Assembly: GCA_965195285.1 (NCBI GenBank)
Contig: CBDAFS010000041.1
Span: forward strand, 24,585-88,584
Source: an uncultured Aminicenantes bacterium
GTDB taxonomy: Bacteria; Acidobacteriota; Aminicenantia; UBA2199
Direction: 5' to 3'
Length of the DNA: 64,000 nt
Below are positions 1 to 8,862 of the stretch, piece by piece. The position numbers were made by a program, and so were the translations under genes. The notes under the pieces are model-generated. The model saw nothing but the letters and a program-made list of their open reading frames with translations, had not been told where the DNA came from and did not search any database. How positions within the stretch are numbered: the first letter of the stretch is position 1; every line of letters starts with the position of its first letter.

Positions 1-68
1 GATTTATACTTTTTATCTTTTGGTTTAACTGGGATAAGATATAATTGACTCGCTTTTCCGGTCATTTA

Positions 69-527
69 TCACTGCATGATTTCGGGCCGGTCGTCGGAAT
101 CATCTCCGTTCGTATCATCCGGGCCGTGGAACCGGCTGTTTTTAACCTGCCAGTGGCTGGATTGAATTTTATTTTTCATATAGGTTAGCAGCCAGCCCAC
201 AAACAGTTTTCGGGACTGGGGCAGGATCAAAGAGAATCCCAGTAGATCGGTGATGAATCCCGGGGTGATGAGCATCAGCCCGCCAACCAAAATCAGCAAT
301 CCCTGAATCAGTTCATCTCCGGGGATTTGACCCTGGTTCAGTGAATTTCTAATCCTGGATATAATACCGGCACCCTGGGATCGGGCAAATGCAGCTCCCA
401 GAATCCCGGTCAGGATGATAATCAGGATGGTGTTCAGGGTTCCCAGGACCTTTCCCAGCTTGATCAGAAGGGAGAGTTCGATGAGGGGAACAACTACAAA
501 CAGAAAGAGCAGCCTGGGAAATACCAT
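69..527 (-). CDS. fxsA: FxsA family membrane protein
   Basis: PLIELSLLIKLG...ARSQG...LMLITPGFITDLLG pattern typical of FxsA. Confidence 0.9.
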   Translation of the reverse strand: MVFPRLLFLFVVVPLIELSLLIKLGKVLGTLNTILIIILTGILGAAFARSQGAGIISRIRNSLNQGQIPGDELIQGLLILVGGLMLITPGFITDLLGFSLILPQSRKLFVGWLLTYMKNKIQSSHWQVKNSRFHGPDDTNGDDSDDRPEIMQ

Positions 528-599
528 GTTAGCGGTCCACCGTTTTAGAAATGCTCATCATGGAATTTATAACACAAAAGTTTTTAACAGTAAAGCGGT

Positions 600-800
600 T
601 CAGGCAATAGATGAAGCCTGGCTGCTGATATGATCCCGGGCAGCCTTAAGGGTTTTGAACTGGTATTTTTGACGGGAATCCCTGACCTCATATACAATCG
701 ATCTATTCTGAAAATCGGTTATTTTGGTTACCACCATGGATTCGTTGTGATTGATTTCCGAAATGATTTTTTCAAATTTCTTAATCGGTGTTGGTTGCAT
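600..800 (-). CDS. small hypothetical protein, divergent from repressor
   Basis: 66-aa ORF with AAGGAG RBS just upstream of ATG. Confidence 0.55.
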   Translation of the reverse strand: MQPTPIKKFEKIISEINHNESMVVTKITDFQNRSIVYEVRDSRQKYQFKTLKAARDHISSQASSIA

Positions 801-992
801 GTTGGCTCCTTGCTGATTTTTGACCGGATTTTACATGATACCGGTAATTTGGGAAATGGGTTACGAAAATAAACATCATATATAATTAATAATATAAAAT
901 GCAATATAAAGCAACAAAAAATATTAAAAAATATAATTTAATTGAAAAAATAAATAATTAATACAATATAATAATAGGGTCAAACAGTATAA

Positions 993-1703
993 ATGATATA
1001 TTCGGGGCTTCAGGATATTATCAAAGATAAAATCAGAAATATTATTGAGTCCCGATTTTCCAATAAAAAAGAGTTTGCCCAATTTGTGGGCATAAACAAG
1101 GCTACCATTTATCAGGCAGTGGATATACCCTCAAAAAAAGATTTTACCCTGAATCATTTGTTTTCCATTGCCGAACGAGTGAAGATCCCGGTTTACAATT
1201 TGCTTCATCCGGAATCACTGCTGCCCGGTTCCCGGGTTGATGAGTTGGTCAATAAAGCACAGGAATTCCGCGACCAATTCAGGATGGTACCGGAAATCGA
1301 AGCCGTGGCCTGCGGTCATCTGTCTAATATAGCGGCCGATCATATCATTCATTATAAGGTATTCAACCGCCAGTATCTGAAAGATACCTTCAAGCCCTTT
1401 ATCACCCGGGCCAGCGGTGATTCCATGTTTCCCACTTTTTCCGATGGGGACCTGATCCTGTTTGACCGGAACCCGGATAAATTGATTAATCCCCATGATG
1501 ATCATATTTATATAATCAACACCAGTCCTTTTTCCGAAGATTTAGCTTTGACCATTAAAAGGGCCATCATCAAGGAAAATGACCTGTGGCTAATTCCGGA
1601 TAATAACCAATACCGCACCGAGACCATTGAAATGGATGAAAAATCCTCGCCCCTGCAGTATATCCTGGGTGTGGCCATCTGGGTGGGCAAAGAGTTGAAG
1701 TAG
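993..1703 (+). CDS. XRE/LexA-type repressor with S24 peptidase domain
   Basis: N-terminal HTH-like KKEFAQFVGINKATI; ACG at cleavage-site position; SGDSMFP and TIKR catalytic Ser/Lys motifs. Confidence 0.88.
   Translation: MIYSGLQDIIKDKIRNIIESRFSNKKEFAQFVGINKATIYQAVDIPSKKDFTLNHLFSIAERVKIPVYNLLHPESLLPGSRVDELVNKAQEFRDQFRMVPEIEAVACGHLSNIAADHIIHYKVFNRQYLKDTFKPFITRASGDSMFPTFSDGDLILFDRNPDKLINPHDDHIYIINTSPFSEDLALTIKRAIIKENDLWLIPDNNQYRTETIEMDEKSSPLQYILGVAIWVGKELK
1620..1702 (+). repeat. 83-bp direct repeat copy 1 (3' end of repressor gene)
   Basis: matches 6537-6619 with one mismatch. Confidence 0.97.
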
Positions 1704-1760
1704 AATTAAGTTTAAAAAGTTAATAGCAGATAACAATCATTTTTATCAATCGTTTTAAAA

Positions 1761-1788
1761 TTGACAATTTTTTTATTTTTTGTATGAT
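1761..1788 (+). promoter_or_regulatory. sigma70-type promoter for S8 operon
   Basis: TTGACA-N16-TATGAT. Confidence 0.55.
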
Positions 1789-1834
1789 ATTTATATAATT
1801 CTCAGCATGTTTATTATATTTATAGAGAGGTAAA

Positions 1835-4723
1835 ATGAAAAAATTCATATGTTTTATGATTGCCCTTCTTATGACCTTTTTGTTTATATATTCAGATGTT
1901 GAGAACCGAAAAAGTGACAAATATCAACCAAAAATAGATAAAACAGATGAGATAAAGAGCAATAAACTTATTGGTCCTTTAAAAGAGGTGGTAAAGATCT
2001 ACCGGGAAGTTCCAAAATTGACCTGCTTGGATATTGCCAGATATCGAAGCAACAAGTTCGAAGCCTTAGGAAAAAAATCCGAGCTGTTGACTCAGGAGGA
2101 AATGGAAAGTTTGATATTTACATATCCGACATTAAAAAATCAAGGAAAAAAGGACATGGGGAAAAAAAGTGATCTTCTGATTAATGCCCTTATTCATCCA
2201 GAAATTCAGAAAAGATGGAAAAATCCTCCCTATGATGTTCTTAGATGCAACATTGAAGTTAAGGGGAATCCATATAATCTGGAGAATAGTTACTTAAAAA
2301 TCAGGAGTGTGTCCAGGATTGGGAATAAGACAATTGCCAATATTGAAGTCGCCGGAATAGAAATCGAAAATGTTGCTGAAAAGAATTCAGTAATCCGGAT
2401 TGAACCGATATTCAAGAATAAAACAAATAATAATATTGCTACCGTTGTAACCGGAGTTGCTCGAATCAGGAACGGTCTGTTCAATAACATCTATACCAAG
2501 GGATATACAGGCAGTGGAGTTATTGCAGGTATTATTGATACCGGAATTGACTGGAGTCATGAGGATTTTATTGATCCTTTGACCAATACCACCCGTATTT
2601 TATATATCTGGGATACCGAAGACTCAACCGGTCCGACACCATCCAGTGTATTTGGTGGAAGCTTATCAAGTCTGACTTATGGAACGGTCTGGACAAAAAA
2701 TGATATTGATGATGGGATGTGTACTTCAATAGATTCCTATGGACACGGTACCCATGTTGCCGGCAGTGTATCGGGAAATGGTTATGCTACCGGCAGATAT
2801 ACTGGTATGGCACCCAATGCGGATATTATTATTGTAAAAGGATTGGATAATAATGGCATCCTTTTTATATATGAAATTGCAGCATCACTGGGTCAGCCTT
2901 GTGTGGTGAATATGTCCTATGGGCCTGATTATCCTCTCCTCTACATATCTTATTGGCCTGAGCCCTGGCCGGCTGATGGAACCAGCCTGAGAGCTCAGAT
3001 GATAGATGGATGGAACAGTACTTACGGACCTGGTTGTATTCCGATTAAGGCAGCCGGGAATGAAGGGCACTGGAATACCTATTCCGATTTATCAGGAGGT
3101 AATTATCCATATATGGTCGGAGGATATCATTCCCAGGCTTCTCTGGCCGGCTTGGCCTCAAGTACCCATTATATGGAGGTTCCCGACTATGCAGCATTAT
3201 GGAATGGATGGGGATTAGGTACTCCGACTGCCAGCGACTGTCCATACATTCTTATCGGGATGTGGTATGAACAGCCGGTACAGATTACCATTATTTCTCC
3301 CAACGGACATACGATTGGACCGATGATTCATGGAAATACCGGGAGTGCACCCACAACCGGAGATGGCCGGTGCTATTTTAATCTGTCAAATACCACTGCT
3401 GCTGCCAATGGTTTTTTCTATGGTGCCCTGCAATTGTTATATAATACAGATCCAGCTACGGAGCCAGCACCCGGTACCTGGGAGATTCAGGTTGATCCGA
3501 TTCCAAACGGATCAATTGCAAATCCAATGATTGATATCTGGGTTAATGATATACGATATATAGGGGGGGTTTTTGGAATTTCCTGGTATCCGTCAAGAGT
3601 TAAATTTAATGGTCAGAATACCCATTCAAATTATATTATTGATGAAGGAGCATCTCCCTTTTTGTTATGTGTGGGTTCATGGACTACCCGAAACACCTGG
3701 ACCGATATTGATGGAAATCAAAATACTAATTTTACTCAATCCTGGTTGAATGACATCACCTATTTTTCTTCACCAGGGCCTTCGCGGGATAGAAGAATTA
3801 AGCCTGATATTGCTGCACCGGGAGATATTATTGTTTCTTCCCTTAGTAAAGATGCAGGCTGGACCAATGAATTTCTGGTGGACTCCCGTCATGGTGTTTA
3901 TTCAGGTACTTCAATGTCTACAGCCCAGGTTTCTGGAGGTGTGGCTTTGATTCTGGAAAAATATCCGGTTCAGGATGTGAATAGTATACGGGGCCTCATA
4001 TCTCAGTGGGCACTTAATGATAGTTATACGGCTCAGAGAGGCGAGAGTGCGTTTGGTTATGGAAAATTCAGTGTATTGGGGCTCAACGATCCCCCAATTG
4101 CGGTTTTAAAAAAGGATAAAGAGCAAATTTCTCTGGATAGTCAGGATAAAACAGTGGTTTTTGATGGATCTGATTCTTATGATCCCGAAACGTTCCCTCT
4201 GTCATACCGTTTTGCTTTAGAAACTGAAATCATAACATCCTATTCAAGATCTAAAGTTAAGGCAAATAATTTAAACTATAGTTTTGTGGAAAATGGCTCC
4301 ACAGCCACATTGGAACCGGATCCCTATGCAGAAGTAACCTATAAGGTTACCCTGGTTGTTAATGATACCATTGCAGATAGCAGTAGGGCCGTAACAACAA
4401 TTGAGGCCAGGTATTTTCCACTGTATCCACCCAGTAATGTATTTTTAGAAAAAATTGAAAATAATCTAATTTTTTATACGGAATATATAAATCGACTTGG
4501 CTGGCAACATAATCCAGCCAATAAGGGTGAGATAAAGAATTATAGAATTTACAGGAAGGAGAAAGGGCAGATTGATGATTTTTATCAGGTGCTTACCTCT
4601 GTGGAAGGTGATGTGTTGAATTTTGATGATAGAGGTTTAAGTATGGATGGATTTTATACTTATAAAATTACCTCAGTGAATTATGGAGATAAAGAGAGTG
4701 CTCCGGTTGTGGTGTCAAATTGA
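1835..4723 (+). CDS. secreted S8 (subtilisin-like) serine peptidase with C-terminal PKD/FN3-like domains
   Basis: signal peptide; IIDTG, HGTHVAG and SGTSMS triad motifs; FDGSDSYDP PKD-like motif. Confidence 0.9.
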   Translation: MKKFICFMIALLMTFLFIYSDVENRKSDKYQPKIDKTDEIKSNKLIGPLKEVVKIYREVPKLTCLDIARYRSNKFEALGKKSELLTQEEMESLIFTYPTLKNQGKKDMGKKSDLLINALIHPEIQKRWKNPPYDVLRCNIEVKGNPYNLENSYLKIRSVSRIGNKTIANIEVAGIEIENVAEKNSVIRIEPIFKNKTNNNIATVVTGVARIRNGLFNNIYTKGYTGSGVIAGIIDTGIDWSHEDFIDPLTNTTRILYIWDTEDSTGPTPSSVFGGSLSSLTYGTVWTKNDIDDGMCTSIDSYGHGTHVAGSVSGNGYATGRYTGMAPNADIIIVKGLDNNGILFIYEIAASLGQPCVVNMSYGPDYPLLYISYWPEPWPADGTSLRAQMIDGWNSTYGPGCIPIKAAGNEGHWNTYSDLSGGNYPYMVGGYHSQASLAGLASSTHYMEVPDYAALWNGWGLGTPTASDCPYILIGMWYEQPVQITIISPNGHTIGPMIHGNTGSAPTTGDGRCYFNLSNTTAAANGFFYGALQLLYNTDPATEPAPGTWEIQVDPIPNGSIANPMIDIWVNDIRYIGGVFGISWYPSRVKFNGQNTHSNYIIDEGASPFLLCVGSWTTRNTWTDIDGNQNTNFTQSWLNDITYFSSPGPSRDRRIKPDIAAPGDIIVSSLSKDAGWTNEFLVDSRHGVYSGTSMSTAQVSGGVALILEKYPVQDVNSIRGLISQWALNDSYTAQRGESAFGYGKFSVLGLNDPPIAVLKKDKEQISLDSQDKTVVFDGSDSYDPETFPLSYRFALETEIITSYSRSKVKANNLNYSFVENGSTATLEPDPYAEVTYKVTLVVNDTIADSSRAVTTIEARYFPLYPPSNVFLEKIENNLIFYTEYINRLGWQHNPANKGEIKNYRIYRKEKGQIDDFYQVLTSVEGDVLNFDDRGLSMDGFYTYKITSVNYGDKESAPVVVSN

Positions 4724-4736
4724 TCGGGAGAAAAAG

Positions 4737-5303
4737 ATGAAAAAAGTAATTGTATTGATACTGAGTCTGATATTATTGGGAAATATGGCCTATTCAATCG
4801 ATTTGGAATTCGGGATCGATTTTGGAGGAAGAACTGTATCTGAAAGTGAAATAAAAAATGTATATGGTGGAACCGAATTTATTTATTGTCCTTATATTTC
4901 AGCCAATATTACCAACCGGTTAACACTGGGTATTGGTTATGAGGGTGGTTCCAGGTCTGAAGGCAGTATCGGCATTTACAATGAAAAATCAACTTTTAAA
5001 ATATCTGGATTTGAAGTATTTATGGCCTACCGGATAAAATTAAAAAAGCTTACTCCCTTTGTTAAGCTGGGATATGGATTTTATACCTACCAGCAGGTGG
5101 TAGAGAGTGAATATGTCAATGAAATTGATGAGGGAAAATCCGCACTTTCACTGGCCGGAGGAGTTAAATATCATATTACTAAGAGATTGTTTGCCCGGGT
5201 GGAACTAAAATATGTTCCCATGAAAGTCATGCCTTTGGATGTTGAAGTGGATCTCAGCGGCTTGAGATATGCCATCGGACTTGGTTATCGGTTTGAACTT
5301 TAG
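4737..5303 (+). CDS. outer-membrane beta-barrel protein
   Basis: signal peptide from MKKVIVL; amphipathic strands; C-terminal GLGYRFEL. Confidence 0.75.
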   Translation: MKKVIVLILSLILLGNMAYSIDLEFGIDFGGRTVSESEIKNVYGGTEFIYCPYISANITNRLTLGIGYEGGSRSEGSIGIYNEKSTFKISGFEVFMAYRIKLKKLTPFVKLGYGFYTYQQVVESEYVNEIDEGKSALSLAGGVKYHITKRLFARVELKYVPMKVMPLDVEVDLSGLRYAIGLGYRFEL

Positions 5304-5356
5304 AGATCAAACCGGTTGGTTGATAAGATAATAAGGTGTGGTCGTAATAACATTCA

Positions 5357-6502
5357 ATGCCAGAGAATGTGATGAATTCAGATTTTATGCTTAATCCCCT
5401 GAAAAATAGGATCAAAACCATTTTATGGTTGATACTGCTGCTGGGAATCGATTTATGTTCAGTTGATTTACTATGGAAAAAACCGCTGAATAGTGAAATT
5501 TCAGGCTCCCCGGTATATTTTAGTAATCACATTGTTTTTACAACCAAATCCGGAGATCTCTTCTGTGTTAAACCGGATGGACACACAATATGGCAGAAGC
5601 AATTCAATCATTCGATCATGTCTGCTCCATCAATGGATGAAAATGGAGATATATTTGTTGGCACAACCGGAGCAAAGATATACTGTCTTTCTCTCGCAGG
5701 AGAAATAAAGTGGGAGGTTAAATTAAGTTCGGGAATCAGAACTACACCTCTGGTTTCAGAAGAGAAAATAATTGTTGCTGATGAATCGGGAATGGTATAT
5801 GCCTTGAACAAAAATAACCAAAAGATAGTTTGGCAGATCAATCTGAGCCTTCCCGTTTTTGCCTCGCCTGTTTTTCTCAGAGATAAAAAAAGTATAGTGG
5901 TCCCCACAAAAGATCACTATGTTTATGTTCTTGATGTGAATGGGTTTATCTGCTGGAAATTTAAAGCCCGGGGGGTCATATTTTCGTCTCCAGCTATCTC
6001 CAAGAATAATGAAATATATATTACCTCCATGGATCATCATATTTATAAGTTGTCTCCCGCGGGAGAGCTGTTATGGACGTTTAAGGCCCAGCGATGGATT
6101 ATTTCATCTCCGGTTATAGATCAAAATGGTAATGTATATTTTGGAAGTTATGATAACTATTTTTACTGCTTGTCTGGCAATGGAAAATTGAAATGGAAGC
6201 AAAAGGGAAAAGGTGGATTTAATGCATCTCCGGTCATTGATTCGGGGGGAAATATCTATACCGGAGATAGTTCTGGTACATTCTACGCTTTTAGTTCTCA
6301 GGGAAAAGTGTTCTGGACATATAAAATTGATGATTTTATCAGAAGCGGGTTTTCAATTTATTCTCCAAAGACAATATTAATAACAGGATCGCTTGATGGA
6401 TTTCTTTATGCATTTAAGATAAAAGGAGTACTTTCCGAATCGGCCTGGTGGCCGAAACACCTTGGAAATAATCGAAATTCAGGTCATAAAGAAATGAAGT
6501 GA
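5357..6502 (+). CDS. PQQ-like/BamB-like beta-propeller repeat protein
   Basis: repeated SSP-x-I...G-x-x-YA-x...G-x-x-x-W blades; start could be later. Confidence 0.85.
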   Translation: MPENVMNSDFMLNPLKNRIKTILWLILLLGIDLCSVDLLWKKPLNSEISGSPVYFSNHIVFTTKSGDLFCVKPDGHTIWQKQFNHSIMSAPSMDENGDIFVGTTGAKIYCLSLAGEIKWEVKLSSGIRTTPLVSEEKIIVADESGMVYALNKNNQKIVWQINLSLPVFASPVFLRDKKSIVVPTKDHYVYVLDVNGFICWKFKARGVIFSSPAISKNNEIYITSMDHHIYKLSPAGELLWTFKAQRWIISSPVIDQNGNVYFGSYDNYFYCLSGNGKLKWKQKGKGGFNASPVIDSGGNIYTGDSSGTFYAFSSQGKVFWTYKIDDFIRSGFSIYSPKTILITGSLDGFLYAFKIKGVLSESAWWPKHLGNNRNSGHKEMK

Positions 6503-6536
6503 TATTGTAATCATATAAAAAATACAGTCCCGGGCA

Positions 6537-6619
6537 GAGACCATTGAAATGGATGAAAAATCATCGCCCCTGCAGTATATCCTGGGTGTGGCCATCTGGG
6601 TGGGCAAAGAGTTGAAGTA
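6537..6619 (+). repeat. 83-bp direct repeat copy 2 (duplicated repressor 3' end)
   Basis: encodes ETIEMDEKSSPLQYILGVAIWVGKELK, followed by TAA. Confidence 0.97.
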
Positions 6620-6741
6620 AGTGTCCTGTTAAGATTCGGTTAAAAAAAAAATTATTTTGCTTGATTATATTTTTTTGTTTCATTACAATTTTTTCATTGC
6701 GATTCAAAACTGCATGTAAAAATTTTAGAAGAGGAGGAAGT

Positions 6742-7986
6742 ATGAAGAAATTTTCCACAGTTCTATTGGTTTCAATCCTAACCCTTATCTTTTCCATTTC
6801 TCTTTTCTCAAACGGTCTCAACCTGAACAGTATCGGATCACGAGCCAGTGCTATGGGGACAGCCTTTATCGGGCTGGCTGATGACTTCAGCGCGGTTTTC
6901 TTTAATCCCGCCGGCCTGACCCAGATGAAAAAGGCCAATCTGACCATTTTCGGTACCAATTTGATTCCCACCGGTACCTACCAGTTTGAAGCGGCTGGAA
7001 TTGATACCCAGACCGACAGCGAGATGCATCCCTCCGGTGCGCTGGCCTACTTCAATCCCGTATCGGATAAACTGGTACTGGGTTTGGCCGTTTATGTGCC
7101 CTCGGGCAGCGGCGGCTCCTGGAATGGGGACGACCTTGCTCCCTTGGCAGGAGGGATTTCTTACAATTGGTCAAGTAAGATCTTTGCCATTTCCCTTTCA
7201 CCGGTAATTGCCTATCAAATAACCGATAACTTCTCGGTTGGCGCCACCCTGAATATCAGTTATGGCATGTTGTCCACCGAATCACCCGGAGTCGGCCAGT
7301 ATTCCGAAGATTTATCCGGAATATCTTTCGGAGCCACATTGGGTGTGCTGTTTGCTCCCTCTGATTTTATCAGCATCGGGGCCTCTTTAAGAACAGCCTC
7401 CAAAATCAATTTTGAGGGTGATGCCGTCATGGAAGGTTTTGCTCTTTTAGGCCAGGAAACAACGGCCACTGCCTCCCGGGATGCCACCTGGCCTATGGTG
7501 GCCGGAATCGGTGTGGCCATAAAACCCATCGATAAATTGATTATTGTGATTGATGCCGTATGGACAAACTGGGCCAAGCTGGATATGATTGAGGTCGAGT
7601 ATGATGACCCCGGCTGGCAGCCCACTCTGGATGCAGTCAATGTGGATTATGATTATGATCTGAGATGGGAAGACACCTGGCAGATCAAATTGGGTCTGGA
7701 ATATCAGGTTTCCGAGTGTATTGCCCTAAGAGCAGGCTGGTATTCTGACCCGGCTCCCTCTCCCATTGCCACCCAGAATATCCTGCTTCCCAACATCGAT
7801 TACAATGCCATTACCGCCGGTATCGGCTATAAGAAGAACAAGATTGCCATTGATTTTGGTTTCGAATATATCATGGGTACAGACAGGGAGGTTCCGATAA
7901 CAGAACCGGATGCCATGCCCGGTACCCACGGTATGAAGGTATTGGTTCCCAATCTCACCTTCACCTATTATTTCGGAGGAGAATAG
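6742..7986 (+). CDS. OmpP1/FadL family outer-membrane transporter
   Basis: GGAGG RBS; GSRASAMGTAFIGLADDFSAVFFNPAGL hatch motif. Confidence 0.9.
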   Translation: MKKFSTVLLVSILTLIFSISLFSNGLNLNSIGSRASAMGTAFIGLADDFSAVFFNPAGLTQMKKANLTIFGTNLIPTGTYQFEAAGIDTQTDSEMHPSGALAYFNPVSDKLVLGLAVYVPSGSGGSWNGDDLAPLAGGISYNWSSKIFAISLSPVIAYQITDNFSVGATLNISYGMLSTESPGVGQYSEDLSGISFGATLGVLFAPSDFISIGASLRTASKINFEGDAVMEGFALLGQETTATASRDATWPMVAGIGVAIKPIDKLIIVIDAVWTNWAKLDMIEVEYDDPGWQPTLDAVNVDYDYDLRWEDTWQIKLGLEYQVSECIALRAGWYSDPAPSPIATQNILLPNIDYNAITAGIGYKKNKIAIDFGFEYIMGTDREVPITEPDAMPGTHGMKVLVPNLTFTYYFGGE

Positions 7987-7996
7987 AGTTAATTCA

Positions 7997-8776
7997 TTAG
8001 ACTATATTGATTTTTAATCCGATCGGACAGTGGTCCGAACCGTAGACACCGGAAAGTATATAGGAGTCGGCAATCCTGTCAACCAGATTGTCATTGACAA
8101 AAAAATAGTCGATCCGCCACCCGATATTCTTTTCCCGGGCCCTGAACCGGTAGGTCCACCAGGTATACTGTTCCGGCTCCTGATTGAAGAGCCGGAAGGT
8201 ATCCTGGTATCCGGAGGCGATCAGCTTGTCGATCCAGGCCCTTTCGATCGGTAAGAATCCCGATCGGTCTTCATTGTTCTTGGGATTTTTAAGGTCAATG
8301 GGTTTATGGGCTGTGTTGTAATCGCCCATGATGATCAGGTTTTTGCCGCTGTCTTTCAAGCGGTTGAAGTAATTCAGGCTCTCATCATAGAATTTCAATT
8401 TATACTGCAGCCGCTCCTCACTCATCTGGCCGTTGGGAAAATAGATGTTAAATACAGTAAATGTCTCATACTCCAGCTCGATAATCCGGCCTTCCTGGTT
8501 CAGGACTTCATGGGGGAAGCCGTGGGCCTTAATGGACAGGGGCGGGTTCCGGAAAAAGACCCCGGTGCCGCTGTAACCCTTGCGTTCGGCAAAATTCCAG
8601 GCGGTCCGGTAAGTCGAAGATTGATGGATCTCTTCGGGAAGCTGGTGTTCCTGGAGCTTGGTTTCCTGGATGCCCAGGATATCCGGTTTCTGCGCCTCCA
8701 GAAAATCCATAAAACCCTTATTGATGACCGCCCGCAATCCGTTTACATTCCAGCATAAAACATTGATGGTTTTCAT
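7997..8776 (-). CDS. xth: exodeoxyribonuclease III
   Basis: WNVNGLRA, QETK, GDYN, GWRIDYF and SDHCP motifs. Confidence 0.95.
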   Translation of the reverse strand: MKTINVLCWNVNGLRAVINKGFMDFLEAQKPDILGIQETKLQEHQLPEEIHQSSTYRTAWNFAERKGYSGTGVFFRNPPLSIKAHGFPHEVLNQEGRIIELEYETFTVFNIYFPNGQMSEERLQYKLKFYDESLNYFNRLKDSGKNLIIMGDYNTAHKPIDLKNPKNNEDRSGFLPIERAWIDKLIASGYQDTFRLFNQEPEQYTWWTYRFRAREKNIGWRIDYFFVNDNLVDRIADSYILSGVYGSDHCPIGLKINIV

Positions 8777-8827
8777 GAGGTTATTGTACCGGAATCCCGG
8801 GCGGACTTGCAAGGTCGTTTTCAACAC

Positions 8828-8856
8828 TTGACACTTGACTGGCTTTTTTTTATCAT
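8828..8856 (+). promoter_or_regulatory. sigma70-type promoter
   Basis: TTGACA-N17-TATCAT upstream of caspase gene. Confidence 0.5.
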
Positions 8857-8862
8857 TGGTTT

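Noticed and set aside
6506-6531. Boundary motif (reverse CGGGACTGTATTTT) beside the 83-bp repeat
   Set aside because: The match is too weak and has no partner at the other island end.
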